Assembly (NCBI RefSeq): GCF_036971445.1
Contig: NC_091473.1
Location: 211,730,001 to 211,794,000, forward strand
Direction: 5' to 3'
DNA from: Narcine bancroftii
Taxonomy: Eukaryota
DNA length: 64,000 bases
The translations under genes were made by a program, and so were the position numbers. Positions 48,206 through 61,200 of the stretch are shown here, in pieces. The notes below the pieces were generated by a model that saw only the letters and a list, made by a program, of their open reading frames with translations, was not told the DNA's origin and searched no databases. The first letter of the stretch is position 1. Every line of letters starts with the position of its first letter.

Positions 48206-48269
48206 TAGAACGGGGTTGGAGCCCCTTGTAGCAATCTCGAGAGGTAGATTTAGACACTTGGCCAAGTAG

Positions 48270-48470
48270 TATAAGGTGTATGGGGTTATAGTTATTTGTT
48301 TCTATAGTGTGTAATAAGTATTTGTTTAAGAATCGTGTACCATAGTAGTGTATAATAAGTATCCGTATAAGGTGTATTGTGTTATAGTTATTTGTTTCTA
48401 TAGTGTGTAATAAGTATTTGTTTAAGAATCGTGTACCATAGTAGTGTATAATAAGTATCCGTATAAGGTG
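48270..48470 (+). repeat. ~96-bp tandem duplication in the ERV-C leader
   Basis: tataaggtgtat...taataagtatccg occurs twice. Confidence 0.9.
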
Positions 48471-48878
48471 TTCGGCATTTAACTGTTTTTTCATGCACGC
48501 TGGTATTGTTGCTGTGTATATCACTGTATTACTCTCGATGTTTTAAGTATTCTGAAAAAGGGGCAGCAGAGGTTACAGATTGTACTGTTTTACAGGGTAG
48601 AGAGGGCATAGAGGCAAGGTATTTAGAATACGGATCAGGGAAACACAGTGGGGATAGGCAGTCACACAGTGAGGCATCAGTGTACACAGACTAACCGCAA
48701 AACAAACAATGTACATTTCACACAAAGGGGGAAACTAACAAGCTAACCGCAAAACAAACAATAGACACTTCACACAACCACGAGACACATAATCCCCCAC
48801 CTGGCTCTCTCTCTGATCATCCCTGAAGGGGAACACCTGTTTTCAGGGAGCTGCTGGTCATCTGGTGGTTATAATAAC

Positions 48879-50412
48879 GTGGAAAGGGGCGAAGTAGAGT
48901 GCAGGGTGTCAAAATCCTACCAGGAGAGAGAGCCAGGGAGTACGAGGTCTAAAGGGATAAAAATCAGAACAGAGATGGAAGGAGTAATAAGGGATGTAGG
49001 GCAAGAGTTCGGGGAAGACAGAGGAGTTCCCCCATCTGTAGACAGACAGTGGGAAAATACAAGGAATCAATTACTGGGAGGATGGCCGAAGGGAGAGGAA
49101 GGACAGGCTAGGGAACGGTACGAACAGATTTGGAAAGAGCTGCAGAGTCAGGGGAAGGTACCACGAGGGTTTGAAAAAATCCGGCTGTTACTGTACTTAG
49201 GAGAAGCAGAGAGGGAAGCATGATCACACACAGAAGACAGGGTCAGGAGAACCCTCGCTTCCCTGTGGGATATGCGTTGCGGGAAAGGGGGGAAGTACGG
49301 CTTCCAGAAAGATATAGACAGATGCCGCTAATTTATGAGGGTCCGCAAATTGGGGAAAGGTATCAACCCTTCTCATTCACTGACATGAATTGTATTTTGG
49401 ACAAAATGCCACCTCCGACTGAGGGAGGTGGAGCGTGGATGGGAAAGTTCTGCCAATTTACGATGGGACATAAGATAGCCATAGGGGATTGGAGAGCATT
49501 ATTGGGGAAACAGCTTGGGCTGTGGGAGATTCAGCAGGTAGAAATGATCGCAGGAATCACTAGGTGCCTCGATGCTGAGCCATTTGCCAACCATGCTACG
49601 GCAATAGGAGGGGCAATGCGGGATAAGTTTCCCGTTCCCCCCGGTGTCATGCAGTCCCTGACTTTTTCCATAAAGGATGATGAGGAGATCTCTACTTTTT
49701 TGAGTCAGTGTAAGGAGAATTGGACCAATAAAGCAGGAGTACACCCGGCCGCAGATCCCTTGCAGACTACTCTCTTTAGGGCTGCAGTAACAAGCGGACT
49801 GCCAGCTGTTGTGAGGGAGACGTTAGATAATAACCCTGATATTCCTGGCTGCTCGAATGAGCAATGGGAAAAATATTTGACCAATCACCTGAAACGTTAC
49901 AGGGCTAAGCAAAAGGAGGACAAACAAACTACGGAGTCTGGCAACTCCTTAAGCTTCAATTGGCAGAGGCTAGGCAAAAGGCAAATGAGGAAAAAAAGAT
50001 TTCCTCAAAGGGTGCGAACCAGATGATTCAGCAGCCACCGCAGCCACCACAAGGGAATGATACTAATTGGCACCCGGCCCCATATTGGGCACCGGGTCCC
50101 ACCGATGGGGGCAGAATGGGAGGTCCAATGGGGGGATTCCGAGTAAGAGGGAGAGTTCGGAGTGCTCCACGAAGGCAGCCAGCCGTATGTTTTGGATGCG
50201 GTCAGCCAGGAAACTTGAAGAGAGACTGTCCCCTAGTTTGGGAGCCTCGGGACCCGGGGGCAAGGGGCTATGGACCACCACAACAGGAGCCTTGGGTCCA
50301 GCCCCAGAGATCGTCAGTGCCACCCCCGGTACATCAGGCACCCTATGCGGCTCTAGCTCCGAGGAGACAATTCCCTTTGCTGACAGAGGAGGAGCAATAT
50401 TGCCCACAGTGA
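48879..50412 (+). pseudogene. gag: ERV-C gag (frameshifted)
   Basis: YQPFSFTDMNCILDKMPPPTEGGGAW..., degenerate knuckle CFGCGQPGNLKRDC; ends TGA-CGG in frame with pol. Confidence 0.85.
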
Positions 50413-53294
50413 CGGAGCCCGAGTACCCACGAGCAGGCTAGGTTGGCAGACCCTTTCCTGCAGATGAAAGTCATGGACATGAAAGTATCCTTTTTAGTGG
50501 ATACAGGAGCCAGGTTTTCAACACTCACTGGCGCTGAGTTTCAAGATAAAACATCATCCTCTAGCGTCCAGCTGATAGGGTTCTCGGGTACACCAGAAAA
50601 TCTGCCGTTTTCTACACCACTAGTCACTTCTGTGGCAGGACAGACTTTTACACATCAGTACATTTTGTCAGCCAGGTGCCCTACCAATCTCTTGGGCAGA
50701 GACCTGTTGGTCAAGTGCGGAGCATCGATCCTTTGTGGACCCAGCGGAATACAGGTCACCTTTCCAAATGGATATTCTATGAACTGTTCAGTAACTACAC
50801 TGCATTCCGGTTCTCAGATGTTGTTGGCGGCAGCTGGAGGATCCGCGTCTGAGGGACAATGGGCTATCATTTACTGGGGGTTGTTGCAACCAGAGGACCC
50901 TCAGAAGGGGGGGCTGCTAAAACTTTATAATCAATGGAAGCCGCGGATCCAGACGTTACACCCGTATACCCCTCCCTCGGACCCTCCCCATATGACCCTC
51001 TTTTACGATAGGGATGGGGATGAAATGTATCAGCATGCCTTTTATGAAGAGGTAGAGGGCAGGCAATGGGAAATTAATTCGGACTACATAGTGATAGGAA
51101 AGGAGGGAGTGGCCGCTGCGGTGGCACTGACATCTGAACAGCTGGAATGGTATGAGATGGCAGGTGAGGCCATTCCTCATGTCACCCTTGCAATTGGCAC
51201 TACTCATCAGGCAAAAGATTTGGGACCGATGTGTCGGAACTTGAAGTCCCTAAGGGACTGGTCTGACACCCAAATACCGACAGTGCAGTTCTCCTCATCT
51301 GGTCAGGCATACAGAATTTTGTCTCCGACACATGATCAAGTCCTCCTTGAGCATAGACAGATTGAACGCTTTCATGGTAGAGAGAAGATGGATCACCCCG
51401 ACTCGGCCCCTATGCTAGATTCTCTCCCTGAGAACCTGTGGTCAGTGGGACCAGCAGATGTGGGTTTTTGTCAGCAGGTTGATCCCATAACCTTCGAACT
51501 GTCAGATTTCACCCCTATTTGGCAGATGCAGTATCCCCACAAACCTGATGCTGAGGAAGGTTTGGCAAAGACCATTGATGGCCTTAGGTATTCAGGGGTG
51601 TTGGAACATTCGCGTTCTAGTTGGAATACACCCATTTTACCGGTTCCTAAACAAGACACGGGCAAATATCGGATGGCCCATGACTTAAGGCGCATCAATG
51701 GTATTGTGAGTACACCCACAGTTCCAGTACCAAACCCATATACTGCCATGACTGCTTTAACCCCCAACCACAAGTGGTTCTCTTGCATTGATTTAGCGAA
51801 TGCTTTCTTTTGCTTGCCGCTGGCAGAACCATTAAGAGATGTGTTTTCATTCACGTATAGAGGAAGAAAGTTGCGGTATACTAGGCTTCTGCAGGGCTTT
51901 ATCTTATTTCCAGGAATTTTTAATCAGGTATTGAAAGAACAGCTGAGGGGGCTAGCACTGCCAGGTGGGGTTGTTCTGATCCAGTATGTAGATGACATCC
52001 TATTAGCTGCACCTGATCCCACTTCCTCTTTGGAGGCCACCTGCCTCCTGCTGGCGCAGCTGTTCAAGGCAGGCTTTAAAGTCTCTCGCTCAAAGCTGCA
52101 ATGCTGCAGACAGGTGGTCACTTTTTTAGGCAGAATGGTCTCAGCGAAAGGCACAGGGATTTCCCCGGCACATTAAACACTAATACTACATCATCCACGA
52201 CCAAAGACAGTTAAGGAAATGCTTTCCTTTTTGGGTTTGTCAGGGTATAGTAGGCAGTTTATCCCATCGTATGGTGAGTTAACACATCCACTGCGAACCT
52301 TGGTGAATGAGCAGGGGATGAGAAATCTGGGAGCTACTCTTGAGTGGACTGCACAGGCTGAGAGGAATTTTATTCTATTAAAGCAAGCTCTTACAACAGC
52401 TATAGATTTGACTATTCCAAATTATAAACTACCTTTCTTTTTGGATGTTTCTGAAAAAGCACACACAATTGATGGTGTTCTTTTTCAGAAAAAAGGGGGT
52501 GGAAGATGTGTGCTCATGTATGGGAGTATCACACTAGACCCAACGGAAGACAGACACCCACCATGTACAAGACATGCAGCAGGAGTAGCAAAGATTCTAC
52601 AAAAGGTGGCACACATAGTAATGGGACATGGCCTGACAGTATTAACAACACATAGTATTGTAGCATTTGTGAGCTCCACAGCATTTACAATGACTTCGTT
52701 AAGGCAGACGAGACTAGAAAAGATCCTGAATGCTCCAAATGTCACGTTTACCCATGAAGGCATTAACATGGCAGAAAATAGTGGAGAGGATGAACCAAAC
52801 AATAAAAGGTAAGATCGGGAAAGTACAGGCACGGACCAAACTAAATTGGGTGGATGCGTTGCCTCTGGCATTAATGTCAATAAGGAGTTCGGTAAGTTCT
52901 GTGACAGGATTCACTCCATATGAACTACGAACGGGGCACCAGTTCCCGGGACCGGGAGCCGGAAGTCAGACTACGAAGAATGAGGTAAGTTCAATGGGAT
53001 GCAAGCTGTATTATGATAAACTAACGGCTCTGGTGTCAGATTTTTCACAACAGGTCACAAGTCCCAACAGAGAAGGGGAAACACCGATACCTTCAGTCGC
53101 GGAGTGGATTCTGCTAAAGGTCATCAAGAGAAAGTGGTCGGAGCCCAGGTGGACAGGACCCTACCGAGGGGTGGAGAGGACGTCCCACGCGGTTCGACTA
53201 CAGGGAAAAGGCGAGACGTGATATCATTGGAGTCAGTGTGCAGCCACGGACCCACCAGCACGGACACTGGAACAGATTCGTACGGCGGCGACTG
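50413..53294 (+). pseudogene. pol: ERV-C pol: PR - 2H domain - RT - tether - [deletion] - IN C-terminal part
   Basis: FLVDTGA, PHMTL...PHVTL, YVDD, stop at 52174-52176. Jump at ~52775 to VERMNQTIK...WTGPY. Confidence 0.92.
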
Positions 53295-53379
53295 AGAACC
53301 TGTGAGCAACTACGGACTAAGAACTTTCTGAACGGGTCCCTTTAAAGAACATATTGGACTCCGGGGACTGTTGATGGTA

Positions 53380-53753
53380 GAATCTATTGTTGTTTAAAAA
53401 TCGATGACAATGGGCAAGCAGTAAAGGAGATTTCTTCAGGTATTCGCAAATTAGCTCACGTTCCGGTTCAGACCTGGCGACCCTTGGGCAGCGCATGGCT
53501 GGGAAATTTGTTCTCTGGAGACTGGGGATGGATACATACTATAGTGCTAGTTGCTGGATTTGTGGTTTTGGCGTTGATTCTGATCCCATGCATCCTTCCC
53601 TGCCTCCAGTGCCTCATTCAACGAGCGCTGTCACAGAGAGACATCCCCAGACCCCAAGGCATGTATTTGTCCCTACTGCCCTCTCAAGAGTGTAATGATT
53701 ACAAGGGATCAGAAATGCCAACCCTGGCATGTAACCCGGATTTCTCTATCTAA
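53380..53753 (+). pseudogene. env: ERV-C env remnant (TM C-terminus only)
   Basis: [30 protein letters not shown] followed by a TM helix (ERV3-type). Confidence 0.88.
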
Positions 53754-55471
53754 TAAGTTAACTGGTGGTTGGTCTCATTTTCATGAGACCAAAAGGGGGA
53801 CTGTTGGAATCTAGGGGTTAAAACAGTATGAAATAAATGATTAATCAATAAGTTTATTTGTACTGCATGAGTCAGGGAAAGAGGAATGTGGCTAAGTGGC
53901 TGTCACAGCATGGAGCAAAGTTGGCTGAACAAAATTGGCTGCTCCCAAGATACAGGGAGAGGATATGCATAAAACGATTTAGGAGGAATGCTCAACTGAA
54001 GGAGGTGGGAAGTAGCACAGGAGACACAGGCCAGATCAGAACAAAGAATGGCCCGCAAGAATCAAAGGGAATGGAAAACCAGTCTAGGAGGAAGATTAAG
54101 GCACGAGGAGGTGTTAAAGAGAACAGCAGAAATTGGCCAGACAGGGACCGAATGGTGATTAGAAATATCTGGGGATGAATTAATTTCAGATCTAAACAAC
54201 AGGATAGTCTGGCCTGGAGGATTAACATGGGAATGCTACACCCCAGAAATCTGCAAAACAGGAGATGACTTGTGATAACACTTATGCAAAAAGATCTAGC
54301 AGGGAAAACAACTTTTGTTCTGTGTGATAAGATTGACCTATATAAACTGTGCCAACTGGACAATAGGGGTCAGTCTCGGGGAGTAGCTCACTGGCAGGTG
54401 ACCTATGAACTAACAGACTGACCCAGAGCTCTGTTAAGTTTTATTCTTGTGCTGTGCTGTGCTGTGTGGTGTAATAAACTGACTGTTGAACCGAATACCT
54501 TCTCCTATCACTTCATTCAACGAACGCGCTGGACTCAGTTCACACATAGACTAAATTAAGAGTAAATAAATTAAAGCCAGAGTCCAACAATAGGTAGAAC
54601 TGAGGAATAGCAAGGGGTGGAAAACGTTAGTGGGGGTGGTATATAGGCCTCCAAATAGTAATGTAGAGGTGAGGGAAGGCATAAAAAGAGAAATTAGAGA
54701 AGTGTGCAATAAGGGAACAGCTGTCATCATGGGAGACTTTAATTTACATATAGATTGGACTAGCCAAATTAGTAAAAATACTGAGGAGGAGGAATTCCTT
54801 GAATGTTTAAGGGACGGTTATCTAGACCAATATGCCGAGGAACCAACTCGGGAGCAGGCTATTTTAGACTGGATATTATGCAATGAAATCAGCAATCTTG
54901 TTGTACCCTTTGGGTAGGAACGATCACAATATGGTCGAATTCTCACTCGACATGGAGAGTGAAGAAATTAAAACCGAGACTAAGGTCCTGAATTTAAATA
55001 AAGGGAATTATGATGGTATGAGATGGGAGTTGAGTAAGATCGATTGGGTGGTGTCTAAGGGTGGGTTAACGGTGAATAGACAATGGAAAGCATTCAAAGA
55101 TCTAATGGAAGAATTGCAGAAATCGTTGGCATAAAAATAAACCAAAAAAGGTGACTCAACCATGGATAACAAGGGAAATTAGAGACAGCATTAGGTCCAA
55201 AGAGAGAGCATATCAATTGGCCAAAAAAAGTACCAAATCCGAAGATTGGGAATAGTTCAAGATGCAGCAAAGGAGGACAAAGGGATTAATCAAGAGGGCA
55301 AAAATAAATTACGAAAGTAAGCTTGCGGCAAACATAAAAACCAACTGCAAAAGCTTTTATAGATATGTCAAGAGGAAAAGATTGGTGAAATCTAGAGAAG
55401 GTCCCTTGCAGTCAGAATCAGGGGAATATATAATGGGGAATAAGGAAATGGCAGACCAATTAAATTCTTAC

Positions 55472-56248
55472 TGTGAGAGATGAGAAAAACTGATATTGCA
55501 ATATGAACATGAAGAAAATAAAATAGATACATAAGTAAATGAATGAAGCCAGTACAAACAACATGAGACATGGATATTAGAAGGCAGGAAGCTGACACTG
55601 TCTGAGTAAGATAAGAATCTCCTAGCCCTTCAGACAGAAGCAGCAAGTTCACTGAATGAAGGAGATAAGGACAGACAATGGATGATAGAAGTAGAGTTAG
55701 TCTGAACGAGATAAGGGTCTCCAAGCCCCAGATAGAATTAGCAAGGCTTGCATAAATAATTAGAAAACCTTAGACAGTATTAGCCAGTTCTACATATATA
55801 ATTAGTAAGCCATACACAGATTTATCAAGTTATGCATATTTAATTAGTAAACCCTAGACAGGATTAGCGAACTCTGCATATGAAGGGACTGTAGCTCTGA
55901 GAGTAGGAAAGGTGTGAATGGGGACAAGGGCAAGGTTGTGAATAAGGACAATGGGGATAATGACATGAGAAGACACCGACAGGATACCCCCTGGTACTCC
56001 AAGTGCACAGAAACAGCACGTAGGCAGGATTGCCTACTGCCAAACCTCTCCAGCAGGAGGCAGAAGAATGTAAGGGGGGGTTATTCCTATACTGAGATAA
56101 ACTGTATAAAAGTTGGGTGAGCCCCAGTGTATGTGTGTATTCCCAGGGTAAGGGGAAGCACCCAACTTTGCATTGTTGTATAATAAATGTTCTTTGTTCT
56201 CAATTTTTGTCTCGAGCAATTTCTTTTAAGGTAATTCTGTTTCTAACA
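55472..56248 (+). mobile_element. Solo LTR of the ERV-A/B family
   Basis: tgtgagagatg...ttctaaca; TSD ttac/ttac; reverse-complement homology to 20087-20801. Confidence 0.93.
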
Positions 56249-58213
56249 TTACTTTAGTTCTGTTTTCACAAGAGAGGATACAAATAATCTCCCAAGGATG
56301 TTGGGAAACATAGAGATTAATGGAAGGGAGGAGCTGAAAGAAATCAGTATCTCTAAGGACATGATCTTGGGGAAATTGAAGGCCGATAAATCCCAAGGGC
56401 CTGATAATCTACATCCTAGGGTACTTAAAGAAATGGATATTCAGATAGCAGATGCTTTAAGAATTATTTTCCAGAACTCGATAGACTCAGGATCAGTACC
56501 CATGGATTGGAGGGTAGCTAATGTTACTCCACTATTTAAAAAGGGGGGTAGAGAAAAAGCGGGGAATTATAGGCCGGTGAGCCTTACATCAGTAGTGGGC
56601 AAAATGATGGAATACATTATTAAGGATGTAATAGCGGATGATATGACTAGCAGAGAAGGGATCGGACAGAGTTAACATGGATTTACAAAAAGTAAATCGT
56701 GCTTGACATATCTTTTGGAATTCTTTGAGATGGTGACAGGTAAAATAGATGGGGGAAAGCCAGTGGATGTGGTATACCTGGATTTCCAAAAGGCCTTCGA
56801 TAAGGTCCCACATAAATGACTGGCTTGCAAAATCAAGGCTCATGGGATTGGGGGCAAGGTATTGATGTGGATTGAGAACTGGCTAGCAGATAGAAGACAA
56901 AGAGTTGGGATAAACGGCTCATTTTCTGAGTGGCAGGCAGTGATCAGTGGGGTCCCACAGGGATCTGTACTGGGACCCCAGCTGTTAACAATTTACATTA
57001 ATGATCTAGATGAGGGGATTGGATGTAATATCTCCAAATTTGCAGACGACGCTAAGCTAGGAGGGGTTGTGTGCACTGAAGAGGGGGTCAGGAAGCTCCA
57101 GTGTAATTTGGATAAATTGGGGGACTGGGCAGATACATGGAAAATGCACTACAATGTGGATAAATGTGAGGTTATCCACTTTGGTAATACAAACCGGAGG
57201 GCAGATTACTATTTGAATGTCAATAGATTGGGAGATGGGGAAGTGCAGAGACCTAGGGGTTCTTGTGCACCAGTCACTGAAGGCGAGCATGCAGGTACAG
57301 CAGGTGGTTAAAAAGGCAAATGGTATGTTGGCCTTCATATTAAGAGGGTTTGAGTATAGGAATAAGGATACCTTACTGCAGCTGTACAGAGCCATGGTGA
57401 GACCACACTTGGAGTATTGTGTGCAGTTTTGGTCGCCTTATCTGAGGAAGGATGTTCTTGCAATGGAGGGAGTGCAAAGGCGATTCACCAGGCTGATACC
57501 TGGAATGGCAGGAATAACTTATGAGGAATGATTCCGCAATTGGGATTGTACTCGCTGGAGTTTAGAAGATTGAGAGGGGATCTCATAGAGACATAAAATT
57601 CTGGCAGGACTGGACAGAATGGATGCTGAAGGGATGTTTCCAATTGTGAGGGAGTCCAAAACCCGGGGCCATGGTTCGAGCATAATAGGCAAACCATTTA
57701 GAACTAAGATGAGGAGGAATTTCTTTACCCAGAGGGTGGTGAATCTGTGGAATTCATTGCCACAGAGTGCAGTAGAGGCAAGTTAATTGAATATATTTAA
57801 GAGGGAACTAGATATATTTCTTCAGTATAAGGAAATAAGGGGTTACGAAGAGAAGGTGGGAACAGGGTACTGAACTTTAAGATCAGCCATGATCTCATTG
57901 AATGGCAGAGCAGGCTCGAAGGGCCGAATTACCTTCTCCTGCTCCTATCTTCTATGTTTCAATGTAAAGAGAGCTGTTGGCATATTGGCCTTCATAACTC
58001 AGAAGTATTGAGTATGGAGCTGGCATGTAATGGTAAAATTTATCATACATTTGTGAGGCCAAATTTGGAGCATTTTTGTGCAGTTTTGGTCACCTAGTTA
58101 CACAGGAAAGATATCAATAAGATTGAAAAAGTGCAAAACCTTTCAGGAACTTTGCAAGACTTCAGGAACTGAGTTACAAGGATGGGTTCAACAGGTAAAG
58201 GCTTTATTCCCTG

Positions 58214-61200
58214 TGTGAAAAATGATTGAAAGTGATTGAACTCGCACCATTCTGTGATGGAATGCAAAGTATGTAGATTAGAGCTTGAGAGTAGACAGTA
58301 CTAGCTAGTGGGCCCCTTCTTATCTCGAGCCCCAAGGATGCAAGGATCTGGTTCAGGCTGGTACAGTGACCTAAGGTAGTCTATAGCTAGTACTGTGCTT
58401 GCTTAATAGAGACATGAATATTAACTTCAACGCCCCTAAGGAGGGAATGAACTAATTAACATAACATGCGATGTATGAAGAGGGAGTGATACCTGGATTG
58501 ATGGAAGGGAGAAGGAGAATGTTGTAATGTATTGGGATTCTGATTGGAAGAAGGTAAATGAAGGTGGGGTGATGTTGAGCGTGGGACTGTACAAAGGAGT
58601 GATGATTCTGAACCTCCAGTGTGTCTTCATCCAAGGGGAGTTGCCCCTTGGATGAAAATAGTCGGGACTTGTTTGCATTCAAGTGGGAGGACCCTCACTT
58701 GAGAAGAGAACACCAGTATCGATGGACAGTCCTTCCCCCAGGGGTTTATAGAATCTCCCAATCTATTTGGACAAGTTTTAGAGCAAGTTTTAGAAGAACA
58801 CCCAAAGAACTACAGGAAAACAGTTAATACAGTATGTAGACGACCTGTTGATTTCAGGAAAATGAAGTTCGTAAATCCACCATTGAGTTGCCAAACTTCT
58901 TGGGAGAGAACAAATTGCAATTCATGGAACAGGAAGTAAGGTATTTGGGACACTTGATTAGTCAAGGGAAAAAGAGAATCGGACCTGAACGAATTGCTGG
59001 TATCACCCGTCTGCCTATACCTAAAAATCAGAAGGAGATAAGGAAGTTCCTCGGATTAATCGGGTATTGCCGACTGTGGATAAATAGATATACACAGAAA
59101 GTCCGATTCTTAGATGAAAAACTGGGAAGCGAAAAAGAAAATGTGGAGTGGAACCTAGAGGAACAGCAGGAATTTAATCGCTTGAAGAAAGACTTGATTA
59201 ATGCTCAGGTCCTGGCTTTGCTTGATATTAATCAGCCTTTCCACTTGTTTGTAAATGTGAAAAAAGGGATAGCTTTGGGAGTGCTAGCTCAGAAAAGAGG
59301 AGGCCAGAGGCAACCTGTGACATTCCTCTCAAAAATGTTGGACCCAGTGTCACGAGGGTGGCCGGAATGCATTCAAGCAGTAGCAGCCATGGCAACATTA
59401 GTGGAAGAAATCAAAAAATTTTCCTTTGGAGGGAGTCTGGTTGTATTCACTCCCCACACTGTCAGAACCATTTTAACTCAGAAGTCTCACAGATGGTTGA
59501 CAGACTCGAGAATTTTAAAGTATGAGGCAATCTCAATGGAAAGAGATGACTTAACGATTAGATGGGAAGAAATAGAGTGGATATGCTATCATTGATGGAG
59601 TTACCGGAACCGAAGTGGAAACTGGGCGTCTACCCGGCAGCTGTTCTGCTCAGTCTTGCGAGTTGTATGCCCTAATGAGAGCCCTGGAACTGTTGGAAGG
59701 GCGGAAAGGTACCATATATACAGATTTGAAATATGCGTTTGGAGTGGTACACACATTTGGGAAAATTTGGAAAGAATGAGAGATGATAACAGCAAGAGGG
59801 ATGATAACAGACACTAATTGAAAAGACTTTAGAAGCATTAATCAAACCAGAAAGAATTGCCATAGTACATGTACCAGGACATCAGAAGGGGAACTCACTG
59901 ATAGCTCTTCTCAGAATTTGGACAGCCCCACGGCAAGAAATTAGAATATCCCCTTACGAGCTGTCATTTGGACTCCAATATTTGGGGCGGGTAGAAGGAA
60001 TACCTACAGTCAAATGTAATGCTGTGTTTTTAAGGAACTATTTATTGCCAGTCTCTTGTTCTCTTGCAGATTTAAAAACTAAGGGTCTGCTGGCACAGAG
60101 CCCTCCTCTGGATTTCCCTATCCACTCTGTGAATGCTGGTGACTGGGTCCTGATCAAATTGTGGTAAGAGGAAAAGCTTCCGCCCTGGTGGAACAGACCA
60201 TATCTAGACCATAGAAACAGCGGTCCGAACAAAAGAAAAGGGGTGGACACATGCTTCAAGAATAAAGGGACCAGTGGACCCACCACCTGCCACAGAAGGA
60301 AGGAAAGAGGAGTAAAAAGGGACAGAAAAGAAAACTACAATAATGAAACTTTTACGCTTACTATTTATACATATCATAGCTTTGCATGTTGAACCTAAAA
60401 ATTCTTTTATCTCTCTAATTATGCTAAGAACCAAAATCAAACAGATTGTTGGGTATGTGCGAAAATACCACATCATGGCAAGTCAGAAGCCCCCTTAGTA
60501 GCAGTCCCTCTCTCCCTACACAAATTATTTGATATATATATACCTTGCCCAACAACAGTGATCCAAGCACTGAAGATAAATACAATGGGTGGTCTATGCG
60601 ACCAAAACCAACCAAGTCAGCAACTACTCAGTCTGGAGTGTTGCTTCCTTTTGAGGAACCAACTAGGAGTTTCCAATTACATGCAGAATTGGACCATCGA
60701 ACGACTGTGAATCCCTCAGCCTGTAAATGGCACATATTGGGTGTGTGGGCGTAAAATTTATTCATGGTTACCCAGGGAAAAGGATTGTTGGAATCGGACA
60801 AAAGGGTTTAAATTGACCCATACCCCTAAAGTTGGAGTGGATGTTGTTACCTGGCCTATTTAGTTCCCCGTGTCCGTGTTCTTAACTAGCTAACTGTACT
60901 AGTCTCGTACCATGGGCAAAGCAAAAGAAGGGTGACTGAAGGCAATCGTCTCATGTGGACATTTTTTCCGACACATGGAGCCACACGAGATTCAAGAATT
61001 AGCAGCCACCCTAGATGAACTAGTAAATGATAAGGACCTGGCACTTGGGAAAGTCCAATCCCAAGTCCAGGCAATAACTACAGAAATTACATCCTCCAAA
61101 AACGCATGGCCCTTGATTTTATTTTATCAGAGAGAGGGGGGACTTGTGCTTTAATTGGCTCTGAATGTACACATACATCCCGGATGAATCAGCTAATATC

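Larger units (their letters stand above)
46817..54589 (+). mobile_element. ERV-C: young but defective provirus (epsilon-like, fish ERV type)
   Basis: 788-bp LTRs at 46817-47604 and 53802-54589, one difference seen. tgttgga/tccaaca inverted ends. TSD atag/atag. Perfect tRNA-Trp PBS. PPT aaaaggggga. Confidence 0.97.
46288..57966 (+). mobile_element. 5'-truncated CR1 (ORF1 end plus ORF2) carrying nested ERV-C and a solo LTR
   Basis: KKDGLHLNP, YLNARSIRNK, GITETWL, then after ERV-C MGDFN, KSQGPD, GVPQGSVLGP, FADD, and (ttctatgt)-type 3' repeats. The flanks rejoin as unit-1 19941-19960. Confidence 0.92.
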
